A stretch of 31,084 nt of DNA, taken from the IMG/VR virus record IMGVR_UViG_3300006916_000210, positions 1 to 31,084 of that record; one strand, written 5' to 3'. The notes beneath the pieces are model-generated. The model saw nothing but the letters and a program-made list of their open reading frames with translations. It had not been told where the DNA came from and searched no databases. A program made the position numbers and the translations under genes. Below are positions 8,401 to 16,693 of the stretch, piece by piece. The stretch comes from a virus (Duplodnaviria > Caudoviricetes). Within the stretch, counting starts at the first letter, position 1. Each line of letters begins with the position of its first letter.

Positions 8401-11257
8401 TAATTTTTGTTGGTTTAAATATTAATGAGTTCCAACCATCAAACAAACTACTTATTAAATCGTTTTCTATTTTGTTAGTTGGTATAAAACCATATTTAAA
8501 AGGATTTTTACCTTCAGCTATTAAATTATTCATATATCGTAAAGGAGCTTTAAAATGGTCAGGGTCATCAACAGCATCTGCAACTTCAAAAAAGAATCCT
8601 TTTTGTATTCTATTAAGTCTTCTTACTGGGTATAAAGCTGCTCCATTATTTGCAGCTTCAGACAATTTAACTAAAGAAGGAACATAAATTTTTGTACCAT
8701 CTTCTCTTTTAACAAATTTAGTAAAAGAAGTAAAAACTTCATCGCCCATTTCATCAGCTAAAAATGATTTTAATTGCTGTTGACTATTTTTTATATCTTC
8801 TAAACCTTTTTTAAATAATTTTTCACCATAATCACCTTTAGTACCAGCAATTAATTTTCTATCATATTCCATTAATCTTGTAGAAAATGCATCTAAATCA
8901 TCTACAACGCTTCCACCAGATTTAGTTTTTCTAACATTTGTTATAAAATCATTTAAAACTTTATCTGCCATTCTGCTTGTGTAACCTACATTTTCTACAT
9001 GACGAACTATATCAACAAATGCTTGATTTCTATTTTTATAACTTAAATTACTACCAGGTAATGTACTAAATTTCTTTGTCCAATATGGACTCATACCTTG
9101 TGTAAATGCTGAACTAAAACCTAAATTACTTGAGTAATCTAAAACACCTAATTCTTCCCAATCAGTTAAAGCTTTTTTATTTAAAGTTACTGTACCATCT
9201 ACAACTCTATTAAAAGCATTATCACCTTTTAATAATTTAACTCCTTTAGATGTAAATTTACCAATATTATCAACACTTCTAATAACTTTATTTCCTAAAC
9301 CACCAGCTATTGAACCTATAGACCTAAGTCCTGGGTCTGTACCTGTTAAACCTTTTAATGCAGCATTAGTTAAAGCAGAACTACCTTTAGGAATACTATT
9401 TAATATAAACGGTGTTACTGTTTTTTCTGCTACATAACCTTCACTTAATGCTCTACGTATAATATTTTCTGTTTTGGCAAAAGTTTTACTTTTAGCAACT
9501 TCTACTAAAACTTCTTCTGGTGCATCAACTAACCAAGGATTTTTTGCAAGTTTAGCAACGTTTGATTCTTCAGTCATACCTTGTATTGATTTTCTAACAA
9601 AAGTTTTTTGCATTAAATCATTAACTGTATTTGATAAAAACTTAGGTGTTTTACCTAAAAGTAATCCATATTTTTTTCTAGCTGCACCGTCTGCTTTCAT
9701 AGCAGGTTTAATATAACCTTTATAAATATCACTTTGTAATGCTCTATATCTAAAAGGAGCGTCTGTAGTATAGTCAAATACTTCAGCATTAATATTTGGA
9801 CCAACTTTGCTTTGACCTGTAAAAGGATTTACATATTTTTCAATAGGTTCTAATATTTCTTTTGCTTTGTCGTGAGTAAACAATTTTTTATTTTTAAGCA
9901 TGTCAGGTAATCTATCTACTTGACCAGCAAGAATAGAACCTTTTTTAATTGTTTTAGTAATTGCACCTAGACCTAAACTAGATATTATTCTATTTTCTGC
10001 ATCAATAGCACCAGAAACAACATTGTAAGCTTTAGAACCTACTGGTTCAAATTTAGATGCTTCGTATCTACCAATTGAATAAGGTATTCTTACTCCAGCA
10101 TTTTTATTACGTGCTTGTATTTCTTCATAGTCTTGAGCTAAATCAGGACTATATACAAATCTAGTTCCAGCAAATGCATTAATCATGTTAGGTTTTTGTA
10201 TTGATGTCCAATTAATTTCTGAACCTTCATCAGGTTTTTTTATTGGTTCTCCAATATTTGCATAAATTATTTCTTCAGCTTGTTTAGGTGTATAACCAAA
10301 AACATTTACCAAAGAATTATATTCAGGCATATCTTCAGCAATTAAACTTTCAAATGACAAAACATTATTTCTGTTGTAGTTAACTGGTAAGTTTTGTACT
10401 ACTCTAGTTAAAGCTTCTTTAGCATATGCTTCTCCAGCTAAGTTTTTAGCTTCTCCAATCCAACGTAACAACTGTTTAGTTTCTCCTATAAATCCTAGTT
10501 TTTCTCCTACTTCTTCTTGTGTCAAACTTAAATTAATTGGAATATTTGATTGTGCATACTCTTTTGTATAACCAGATTCTAAATATCTATCATAAGCATT
10601 CATTTGTTGTACGTAAGCCCACACACGTCCTCTTGGTTTATAAAAACCCATTGGGTCTTTCCAAGATACTGTTCTACCTTCTTCAGGTGTTTCATTTTGT
10701 GGAAAAGGACTCCATATAACAGCATTTTCATCAAACCAATCTGCAGCTGCTACAGCCCATAAACTTGTTTGAGTATCTCCAAATTTGCTTATATTAGGTT
10801 GAAAATCAACTTTGCCAATAACAGGAAATTCTCTGACACCATCTTCTGAATATATTATTTTTTCTAAAGAATCAGGAACTAATTTATTACCATAAAAAAA
10901 TGCAGTAGAGGCTAATCCTCCAGCAATATCAAAAAGATTCATTGTCATGTCGTCATTGTATTTATTTGTTTGAAATCTATTTTTAACTGTTTCCCAATCA
11001 TTAGCTGCTTGGACACAATATTGTAATGAATACTCGTCACATAAATCTTGCATAGCTTGAGATGATGGAGGTACTTCTAACTGTGCCATAGGTATTAATA
11101 CTTCAGCAGGAAGTATTGCATACTTACTTGTATATTCTTCTAATCTTTCAGTAAAACCTGGATTACTTTTTATGTAATCTTTTGCAGATTTTAATTTATT
11201 ATTTAAAGCATTTGTGTTGTTTCCAACATTTTCTAAGTCAAAATAACTTAATACCAT
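5402..11257 (-). CDS. Very large internal virion / DNA-ejection protein (1951 aa)
   Basis: Size and position after the portal; no tape-measure repeats and no RNA polymerase motifs recognised. Confidence 0.55.
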   Translation of the reverse strand: MVLSYFDLENVGNNTNALNNKLKSAKDYIKSNPGFTERLEEYTSKYAILPAEVLIPMAQLEVPPSSQAMQDLCDEYSLQYCVQAANDWETVKNRFQTNKYNDDMTMNLFDIAGGLASTAFFYGNKLVPDSLEKIIYSEDGVREFPVIGKVDFQPNISKFGDTQTSLWAVAAADWFDENAVIWSPFPQNETPEEGRTVSWKDPMGFYKPRGRVWAYVQQMNAYDRYLESGYTKEYAQSNIPINLSLTQEEVGEKLGFIGETKQLLRWIGEAKNLAGEAYAKEALTRVVQNLPVNYNRNNVLSFESLIAEDMPEYNSLVNVFGYTPKQAEEIIYANIGEPIKKPDEGSEINWTSIQKPNMINAFAGTRFVYSPDLAQDYEEIQARNKNAGVRIPYSIGRYEASKFEPVGSKAYNVVSGAIDAENRIISSLGLGAITKTIKKGSILAGQVDRLPDMLKNKKLFTHDKAKEILEPIEKYVNPFTGQSKVGPNINAEVFDYTTDAPFRYRALQSDIYKGYIKPAMKADGAARKKYGLLLGKTPKFLSNTVNDLMQKTFVRKSIQGMTEESNVAKLAKNPWLVDAPEEVLVEVAKSKTFAKTENIIRRALSEGYVAEKTVTPFILNSIPKGSSALTNAALKGLTGTDPGLRSIGSIAGGLGNKVIRSVDNIGKFTSKGVKLLKGDNAFNRVVDGTVTLNKKALTDWEELGVLDYSSNLGFSSAFTQGMSPYWTKKFSTLPGSNLSYKNRNQAFVDIVRHVENVGYTSRMADKVLNDFITNVRKTKSGGSVVDDLDAFSTRLMEYDRKLIAGTKGDYGEKLFKKGLEDIKNSQQQLKSFLADEMGDEVFTSFTKFVKREDGTKIYVPSLVKLSEAANNGAALYPVRRLNRIQKGFFFEVADAVDDPDHFKAPLRYMNNLIAEGKNPFKYGFIPTNKIENDLISSLFDGWNSLIFKPTKIIKQALSFRVGLEEQARFIFEGLDGIFTNPRDYLSWVYSYGQLPKRSRTRKLAEKFMDSGNDTNEILSSQYFSEAVNANWSYQGIDYRSQSVKGYNWVAVDAKSIAGASAINTQLQHIRNNPMSRVVARLGWGPELEAWARTREAKDMALDLIQETGDRYRQIVSKHDKMMEYLSVLEADIRMRTGHIMQEGVDRFKQIDETYIFNHNAVENSGNLQIREALWTDKLLKHGGDVTNPDDYISMMPDMEKAPFVKNWGRKQQQAIYREIQNYIAGSDEIVSVDFGKVMMPKKSRLASTSLGRGADLMAEFWNTSFNFLLTEPLSRLNRSPAFKQYRYMYVAAQFPTYTKKLQTKYIKEFKDAKIPKKAIDELVGMQLLGQSGKTGSYRATSELASQFGLKGTQQLLYDASERHQLSEITRNIFPFPEVWFEMGKTWGRLAAKNPYKIREGNLLYKGLKSSAGAYNFQGQGWFSPDPNGSGDDLFLYPFNSKISNLVFPKDLGLEQAQAGMTAAGNIAGVNLLSTSLTPGPNSIVAFALNKVFDKMDAKMELREQFFGPFAPPDEITEAILSPPPFAKKLIAAGNPFELLAEGLSSGPGSERRIDSDNNVKEWLTSTDEYDSMRAETTIDIYSNIRAGYDEERLLKSGVLDKYIRYINEDWNGRRKVALYSEQGPAKGELTEQTLTDALLQYSAHKAKSLFLIRAIAQEILPTGFKPIFTVKDKNGKWWATQMLANEYNKILIKNNSDSTIAAEEFYVKYGIDHPYITTGSKESTDGTKAVFEKRNIDFLRKNNELLTLFPKSAAYLVPDNPEAERTYSNLWFSVTKRPDKFALQQNDSVAWFRYERLAKQIDEDTTLNYAEKVVKKRDARNALAYSNPGFLSNYGIQTFIPAGEIWNEIRYLWPTNTKAMQQPSAQGLLDFIKVVEDAEEISKEYSRTDSKTWWLESTTEEAYAVRVSVAQQAYKIIEKNPDFWYIWNGVFIKLYNNDGDKLEFITDMRDN

Positions 11258-11259
11258 AA

Positions 11260-11646
11260 CTACCTTTGTGCAGCTCTAGTATTTATCATTTCATAAAATA
11301 TTGGATTTTTTGTAAATTCAGCAGCTGCATACAAAAGCACGTCTACATCATTATAAAGATTTTCTTTAGGAGGATTTCCTGGACCAATAGCTCCACCTGA
11401 TGTAGGTGGTTGTTCAGGAAAATTAGTAGGTGCTGCTATATCAAAAGAAGGCATTTTTTTAGCTTTAGGCAATCCACCACTAGCAGACACTTGTGCTTCT
11501 ATAGCTTTTCTTTGACCATAATCTCCACCAGATGCAGCTGCAGGTGCAGAAGCATTACCGTCTGTTCTTTTACTTAATGCACCAGGACCAGAAACAGCAT
11601 TACTTGTATTAGCAGTAGGTTTTCTATATCCTCCACGACCTGGCAT
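11260..11646 (-). CDS. Conserved actinophage-type protein downstream of the portal
   Basis: GGYRKP...AVSGPGALSKRTDG...YGQRKA signature; Gly/Pro-rich. Confidence 0.6.
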   Translation of the reverse strand: MPGRGGYRKPTANTSNAVSGPGALSKRTDGNASAPAAASGGDYGQRKAIEAQVSASGGLPKAKKMPSFDIAAPTNFPEQPPTSGGAIGPGNPPKENLYNDVDVLLYAAAEFTKNPIFYEMINTRAAQR

Positions 11647-11807
11647 TATTTATCCTTCCTATAAAAATCCTTAGTTATAAAAATAATAATACCTTCTGCT
11701 GGATATATAATGTTTTGTACATCTTCAGATAGTACATCAAATTCATCTTGTACACCGTATTCGTTATACACCATATCCCAAAATTCGTTTTCTACGTATT
11801 CTTCCAT
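11646..11807 (-). CDS. Small acidic protein (53 aa), not in the ORF track
   Basis: MEEYVENEFWDMVYNEYG...FYRKDK; TAATG overlaps at both ends fill the gap exactly. Confidence 0.7.
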   Translation of the reverse strand: MEEYVENEFWDMVYNEYGVQDEFDVLSEDVQNIIYPAEGIIIFITKDFYRKDK

Positions 11808-13594
11808 TACCCACCAAGAGCTTCTGCAATGGATGGTGGGGCTTGTGGTGGCAAGCCCTGTCCACCCAACATTTGTTGTTGAATCATTGCTTCCTGCTCT
11901 GGTGTCATACCAGGTTCTTCAGGAGTATAAAATTGTTTCATAATATCAGTTATAGCATTCGGTTGCTCGTAGATTGCTATAGCTGCCATTGTTGCAGATG
12001 GGTCACCTTGTGCTGACCTAGCTAATATAGAATCAAATAAAACACCTTCTGCTTTATTTTTTCTAATACGCTCTTGTACTTTTTGTATATTTTCTAAACC
12101 ATCTATGTTATCTTGTAAAGTTTCTGTGTCTATAACACCAGCTTGTAATAATTGCAAACCAGTAACTATTTTCTGTGGTTCATCAAATCCTGCCATAACT
12201 CCATAGATACGTCTTGTTCTTAAGTCTCCACCTATATCTTTTAAAGGTTGATAGTTTTCAGAAAAAGCAGAACCGTTAATATAACCTATCATAGGTTTTT
12301 TTGTCACACCTGTTGTGTATGCTAGAACAACATCCATTTCTAATCTTTTAGCATCCATTTCAACAATTGCGTTTTTAATAATTTCTCTGTACTCGTTTAT
12401 CATTAATGACATTGCGCCATTAAGTTCTTGTAAACCAGCTCCTGTTACAAACGAATTAGGTGACTGCGCATCATCAGTAACAGGATAACCACCAACAAGC
12501 CTCAATTGTCTTTCTAATCTATCCACTTGTTGGAACAATTGATATGGCATGTTATTTTGTGGTTTGCTGACCTGTGTACCTGGTGACAAATAGTTAACGG
12601 CAAATCTACCTTTTCTATATTGTCCAGACTCTAGTTCACCAGAAATGTTTGTTTCTGTAAATACTGCATCTTCCATAGCGATAGCAGACATAATGTTTAT
12701 CTTTGCCATCATACCCATAAGACCTATGACATGGTCATACTGTCCTTTAAGTTGGTCAAAAGAAATACGTTTCATAAACACAAACGGTGGAGTAGAAAGA
12801 ACGTTTGGTATAAAATCTAAAATTAATTTACGTTCAGGAAATACTATGTATGTACCACCTTGGTCATAGTATTCTATTATTCTTAATCCAGCTCGTGTGT
12901 TATCTTCCCAATCCTGTGCATTGTTTGTATCATAACTTAAAAATTCTGTAGGAACAGGTGTATAATCTTCTCCTGTTTCATCATCATCTTTTCTCATGAT
13001 TTCATCTTTAAACTCAGGATAAATTTGTGCAAGTTTATATCTTGGCACTCGTCTAAGAACTGCTAGTTCTCTAGGTTGTTGGTCAGGACCAAAGTTTCCA
13101 GGAAAAGTATCATACGGGTCTCTTAGTTCTGCACTAGGATACACGTAACCATTACTGTCAACTTTAGTTGATATTACCCAAGCACAATAACCATAACCTG
13201 GTAACCATCTAGATGCTTGTGCTAACTGTCCTGTTAGATTTTGTGTTGCATCATAAGATGTTACTATTCGTTCTAGTTTTTCTGCTTGAAATTTAGCTCT
13301 CTCTGATTCATTACCATTAAGAATATCTACACGTACTTGTGGTACACCAGATATTTTTTGAGCTAACCTATCAATACCTGATTGTAATAAGTTTGGTGCA
13401 GGTAACAAGTCTGCATCTTCTGCATCCATTGAGTTACCAAGTAAAGACTTCATGCCTTCACTACCACCATTTAAAATAGCTTTAATACGAGCTTTACTTA
13501 CTTGTCGTTCTTGTACTGCTTGTCCACCGACTAACTCAGAGGCGCTTTCAATAATTTCATTGTATGTTTTAAGGTCTAAGTTTTCTATCCCCAT
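11807..13594 (-). CDS. Portal protein
   Basis: 595 aa directly after the terminase; SPNSFVTGAGLQ motif; Q/P-rich C-terminal tail typical of podovirus-type portals. Confidence 0.85.
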   Translation of the reverse strand: MGIENLDLKTYNEIIESASELVGGQAVQERQVSKARIKAILNGGSEGMKSLLGNSMDAEDADLLPAPNLLQSGIDRLAQKISGVPQVRVDILNGNESERAKFQAEKLERIVTSYDATQNLTGQLAQASRWLPGYGYCAWVISTKVDSNGYVYPSAELRDPYDTFPGNFGPDQQPRELAVLRRVPRYKLAQIYPEFKDEIMRKDDDETGEDYTPVPTEFLSYDTNNAQDWEDNTRAGLRIIEYYDQGGTYIVFPERKLILDFIPNVLSTPPFVFMKRISFDQLKGQYDHVIGLMGMMAKINIMSAIAMEDAVFTETNISGELESGQYRKGRFAVNYLSPGTQVSKPQNNMPYQLFQQVDRLERQLRLVGGYPVTDDAQSPNSFVTGAGLQELNGAMSLMINEYREIIKNAIVEMDAKRLEMDVVLAYTTGVTKKPMIGYINGSAFSENYQPLKDIGGDLRTRRIYGVMAGFDEPQKIVTGLQLLQAGVIDTETLQDNIDGLENIQKVQERIRKNKAEGVLFDSILARSAQGDPSATMAAIAIYEQPNAITDIMKQFYTPEEPGMTPEQEAMIQQQMLGGQGLPPQAPPSIAEALGG

Positions 13595-15495
13595 GGTGCA
13601 TCATTCATATTAGTTAATTTAAAATCTCCATAACTTGGTTCGTAATCTGTTCCAACGTCAGCTAGACGTTCTTTTTGCATACGTCTAAATACTTTCATCG
13701 GAAACCAACTAGCCATAACTATATCAGTTTTTTCCTTGTTTCGCTTTGAAACAGGTTTACCATCAAAGTATAACAACTGTTGTCTGTATTTTTGTATTTT
13801 AGCACTACTTTCTGAATCACCTGTAGGTAAATGTATTTTTCTATTTTCAAACAAATCTGCCATTGCACCTACACCATATAGTGGGTCATGTTTGTTTTTA
13901 CCTGTTAGATGTCCTTGTAGCTGAATACCACTACGTAATGTAAATTCTTTTATCTTATCATCTTGACGTATAGCAGTTTGAAAACCGTTTTCTTCTACTA
14001 TCCATTGACGACAATCATATTTGTGTAACCAATCTGACATTTGGTCAAGTGCAGCCCTTACTCCGCCCCCTTGCCTATTTTCTAAATCTACTAAAAACAA
14101 TTCGCCTCTATATGCATCTATACCCCAAAGTACTGATGCTTGGAATCCTGATGATGCAGGGTCAAGTCCAGCTACTAAATGTAAATTTCTATAATGTTGT
14201 CCCATAACTAAATCTGGTCGCATACATTGGTCAACCATGTTCATAGTAAAGATTTGTGTACCTTCTATGTATGTTTGGTTATAATACACCATCTCAAATA
14301 TCTGCCTACCACCAGTAGATTCAGCAGAACGTAACCTAGACATTAACCATTTGTGTGAACGTTTAGTAGGCCATAACATACAATCTGTATGTACTTCATC
14401 AGTATGTTCTGGTAGTTCACATTCTAGTTTGTGTGCAGATTCAACTATTGATGTAAAGTTATCTGATTCTAAAAGATGGTTATATAAATCATCAGGGTGT
14501 TGTCTTGAACCTATAACAACAACAGCTGTGTGTTCTTCTTTACGTGAAGATAATGTTGTTGTCCACCATTGTCTTGTAGATTCTCTTGCACCAGCTTGCA
14601 TAGTCGTTTGGTGGTCTTCAATGTCATCTGCAATTATTAAGTCACAGTCACGTGATAATATTTTTCCACCTTTACCTACAGCAACCATAGTAGGCGATTT
14701 AATACCAGCTACAGTTCTTGTACCTACAGTAAATTGATTTTGTGACCAGTTCTTACCAGAACGGTTATCTGGTTTAAAAGATGTACCTGGGGGACAGTAT
14801 GCCTCTCTAAGTTCTTCGTTCGTGTCAAGCACGTCTAGGACTGCGCTAAGGGCATTTTTAGCTATATCTTCGTTTCCACCTACCCACATGATACGTAGGT
14901 TTGGATTCTTGCATATCTGGTACACAGCAAAATGTATTAACAGTTCTGTCTTTCCATGTCTTGGGGGGCTTAATATTAATAATTCTTTACCGTTATTAAT
15001 AGAATCTATAATGTTATTTATCCAATTAGTATGGAAGGGGGCTGTTTCATACTTCTTACCTAGTTCCGTACGAAAATATTTTTCGCGGAAGCTAGAAAAA
15101 TTCTTTAGACTCTTTTGTGCATCTTCTGATATTTCCCATCCGTCAGCAGCGATGGAGTTCCTGGTGTCAATTTTGTAGGCAGCTGCCATTCGAGAGACGG
15201 TAGCCGAGCTAGTCTCAAGGAGTAAAGATACCTCAGCTACACTAATGTCTCCATTAGCTAGTAACTCGGCGTATCCTTCACTTACGAAAGCTCGGTAATA
15301 CGTACCTCGTCTAACACTAGCGTAGTCGCCATCATCAGATTTTAGTTCACGGTTAATTGGTTTTTCAACCTTGTCATTATGTCGCTTGTCGGCTGCGAAC
15401 TGTCTCTTTTGACAGGTAGGTGAACAAAATTTTCTTTGTTTCCCACTTAATCGCTTCCTACAGCCTTGAGCTATACATACAACATTTTGACCCAT
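13585..15495 (-). CDS. terL: Terminase large subunit with N-terminal Zn-finger and HTH extension
   Basis: Walker A LSPPRHGKT, Walker B LIIADD, coupling motif VIGSRQHPDD, nuclease motifs GLDPA, VEENGFQ and TDIVMASW. Confidence 0.93.
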   Translation of the reverse strand: MGQNVVCIAQGCRKRLSGKQRKFCSPTCQKRQFAADKRHNDKVEKPINRELKSDDGDYASVRRGTYYRAFVSEGYAELLANGDISVAEVSLLLETSSATVSRMAAAYKIDTRNSIAADGWEISEDAQKSLKNFSSFREKYFRTELGKKYETAPFHTNWINNIIDSINNGKELLILSPPRHGKTELLIHFAVYQICKNPNLRIMWVGGNEDIAKNALSAVLDVLDTNEELREAYCPPGTSFKPDNRSGKNWSQNQFTVGTRTVAGIKSPTMVAVGKGGKILSRDCDLIIADDIEDHQTTMQAGARESTRQWWTTTLSSRKEEHTAVVVIGSRQHPDDLYNHLLESDNFTSIVESAHKLECELPEHTDEVHTDCMLWPTKRSHKWLMSRLRSAESTGGRQIFEMVYYNQTYIEGTQIFTMNMVDQCMRPDLVMGQHYRNLHLVAGLDPASSGFQASVLWGIDAYRGELFLVDLENRQGGGVRAALDQMSDWLHKYDCRQWIVEENGFQTAIRQDDKIKEFTLRSGIQLQGHLTGKNKHDPLYGVGAMADLFENRKIHLPTGDSESSAKIQKYRQQLLYFDGKPVSKRNKEKTDIVMASWFPMKVFRRMQKERLADVGTDYEPSYGDFKLTNMNDAPWG

Positions 15496-15517
15496 TTAAC
15501 TAACTTTCTGTAGATGT

Positions 15518-15545
15518 TTGCGTAGTGCTAATTATATGGTACTAT
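15518..15545 (+). promoter_or_regulatory. Overlapping divergent promoter for the structured leader and early region
   Basis: TTGCGT (15518-15523), 16-nt spacer, TGn-TACTAT (15537-15545). Confidence 0.55.
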
Positions 15546-15559
15546 ACTCTCAAATACAA
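15531..15559 (-). promoter_or_regulatory. Sigma70/SigA-type promoter for the terminase operon
   Basis: TTGTAT (15559-15554), 17-nt spacer, TATAAT (15536-15531); AGAAAG RBS before the terL ATG. Confidence 0.7.
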
Positions 15560-16266
15560 ACATCAAACACAAGTAATTTGTTACAGGTGAAGGTGCAATC
15601 GGGATGTAGAAAGCTGCTGACTGGCAAGACAGTACACTAGAAAGACAAAGGCAGTACCCAAGGACATTAGAAAGCGTTTGATTAGGCACACAATTACTAA
15701 TGCCCGCTAGTGCCTAAAAAGACTGTAGCCACCTACAGTATTACAGAATTACCAGCATATATTTTTAGCCTTACATACTATATATGGAACATCAAGGTTA
15801 ACACTGGTAGGTCAAACAACACTCAGTAATAAACAGTATTGACAGAATGTCAATTCTTTTATGTACTGTACTGAGTGTCTTTACCTTACGGTAAAGTGAC
15901 CTACTATATATAGTATCCCTTATTGATTTAATACCATATGTAGTGTATTGATATGACTATGCATACATATGGATACTATATATAACTACAGTGTTATCCG
16001 TCCAATGTATTACATTCCAACTGTTCATTAAGTTACTTGCCTCTACTGTATTGTGCTAACAGTACAGTGAGGATAACTTAATGTTACAGACCTTTGTCGC
16101 CGAGGCTTTCGAGTGCGTCTTGGTCTGTCATACTTGTATGTCAATGCCAATCTAGTATTACCCATAGATATTCTCGTATCCTATTTTCTAAGTCCTTTCG
16201 TATTTAAGGATTTTCCGTCTTGGCAGGTATGTAAGACAGAAAATTCATACGAAAGGACAAGAAAAT
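15552..16266 (+). ncRNA. ~700-nt highly structured non-coding region (ncRNA, leader and/or origin)
   Basis: No ORF of 60 aa or more. Helices include 15682-89/15710-17, 15807-14/15897-904, 15819-28/15869-78, 15905-18/15971-84, 16026-35/16074-83, 16086-92/16122-28 and 16192-203/16247-58. Confidence 0.6.
15607..15674 (+). repeat. Three TAGAAAG direct repeats at 31- and 30-nt spacing
   Basis: Copies start at 15607, 15638 and 15668; copies 2 and 3 extend to AGnACAyTAGAAAG. Confidence 0.5.
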
Positions 16267-16572
16267 ATGGATACTGAATATACTAAGTGGGTAAATACTA
16301 TCGATTGTGGCATATGTCATACTGAAGTATTTCCAGACGAAAGACACCCTATAAAAAGCTACTTCGGACCACAGAAGGGCTGGGTAACATGGAAGTCGTA
16401 CCTACACGGCGACTGTGTTGCACAACCGACAGTTGGAGGCAAGCCGAACTTAATTGAAAAGCATAAGGAATCTAAAACCTATATTGCACGTAAATTAAAA
16501 GAGTTGCCTAAATTACAAAAACAAGTTGATAATATCAAGCAATTATCATTATTTGAAGGTAGTGAGGCTTAG
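16267..16572 (+). CDS. Zn-binding protein with C-terminal beta-clamp-binding motif
   Basis: CGIC...HGDC; C-terminal KQLSLF; GAAAGGA RBS. Confidence 0.7.
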   Translation: MDTEYTKWVNTIDCGICHTEVFPDERHPIKSYFGPQKGWVTWKSYLHGDCVAQPTVGGKPNLIEKHKESKTYIARKLKELPKLQKQVDNIKQLSLFEGSEA

Positions 16573-16693
16573 GCCTTACTATCCTTCTTGTATAACTATG
16601 TCTTTAGCTAAATATTTTCTTTCAGAGCGTGGTGTGAAAGAAAAATTTATCTATGAAAGACATAGATGATACATAATAGAAAGGATATATATT

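Noticed and set aside
5402-11257. 1951-aa protein as a virion RNA polymerase, with the early hairpins as N4-type promoters
   Set aside because: No DFDGD or single-subunit polymerase motifs recognised; NNDGD at the extreme C-terminus looks incidental; host-type promoters are present.
291-15178. Plus-strand and nested ORFs in the structural block (e.g. 291-671, 7863-8138, 11710-11943, 14351-14737)
   Set aside because: Antisense or out-of-frame shadows of long coupled genes, with no RBS or motifs. The 11710 ORF conflicts with the portal and the coupled 53-aa minus ORF.
15607-15674. TAGAAAG repeats as a mini CRISPR array
   Set aside because: The repeats are 7-14 nt with a 30-nt period, too short, and there are no cas genes.
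15580-15680. Resemblance to RNase P RNA, a group II intron or a hammerhead ribozyme
   Set aside because: No GAGGAAAGUCC, no domain V, and no CUGAUGA/GAAA core in the right context.
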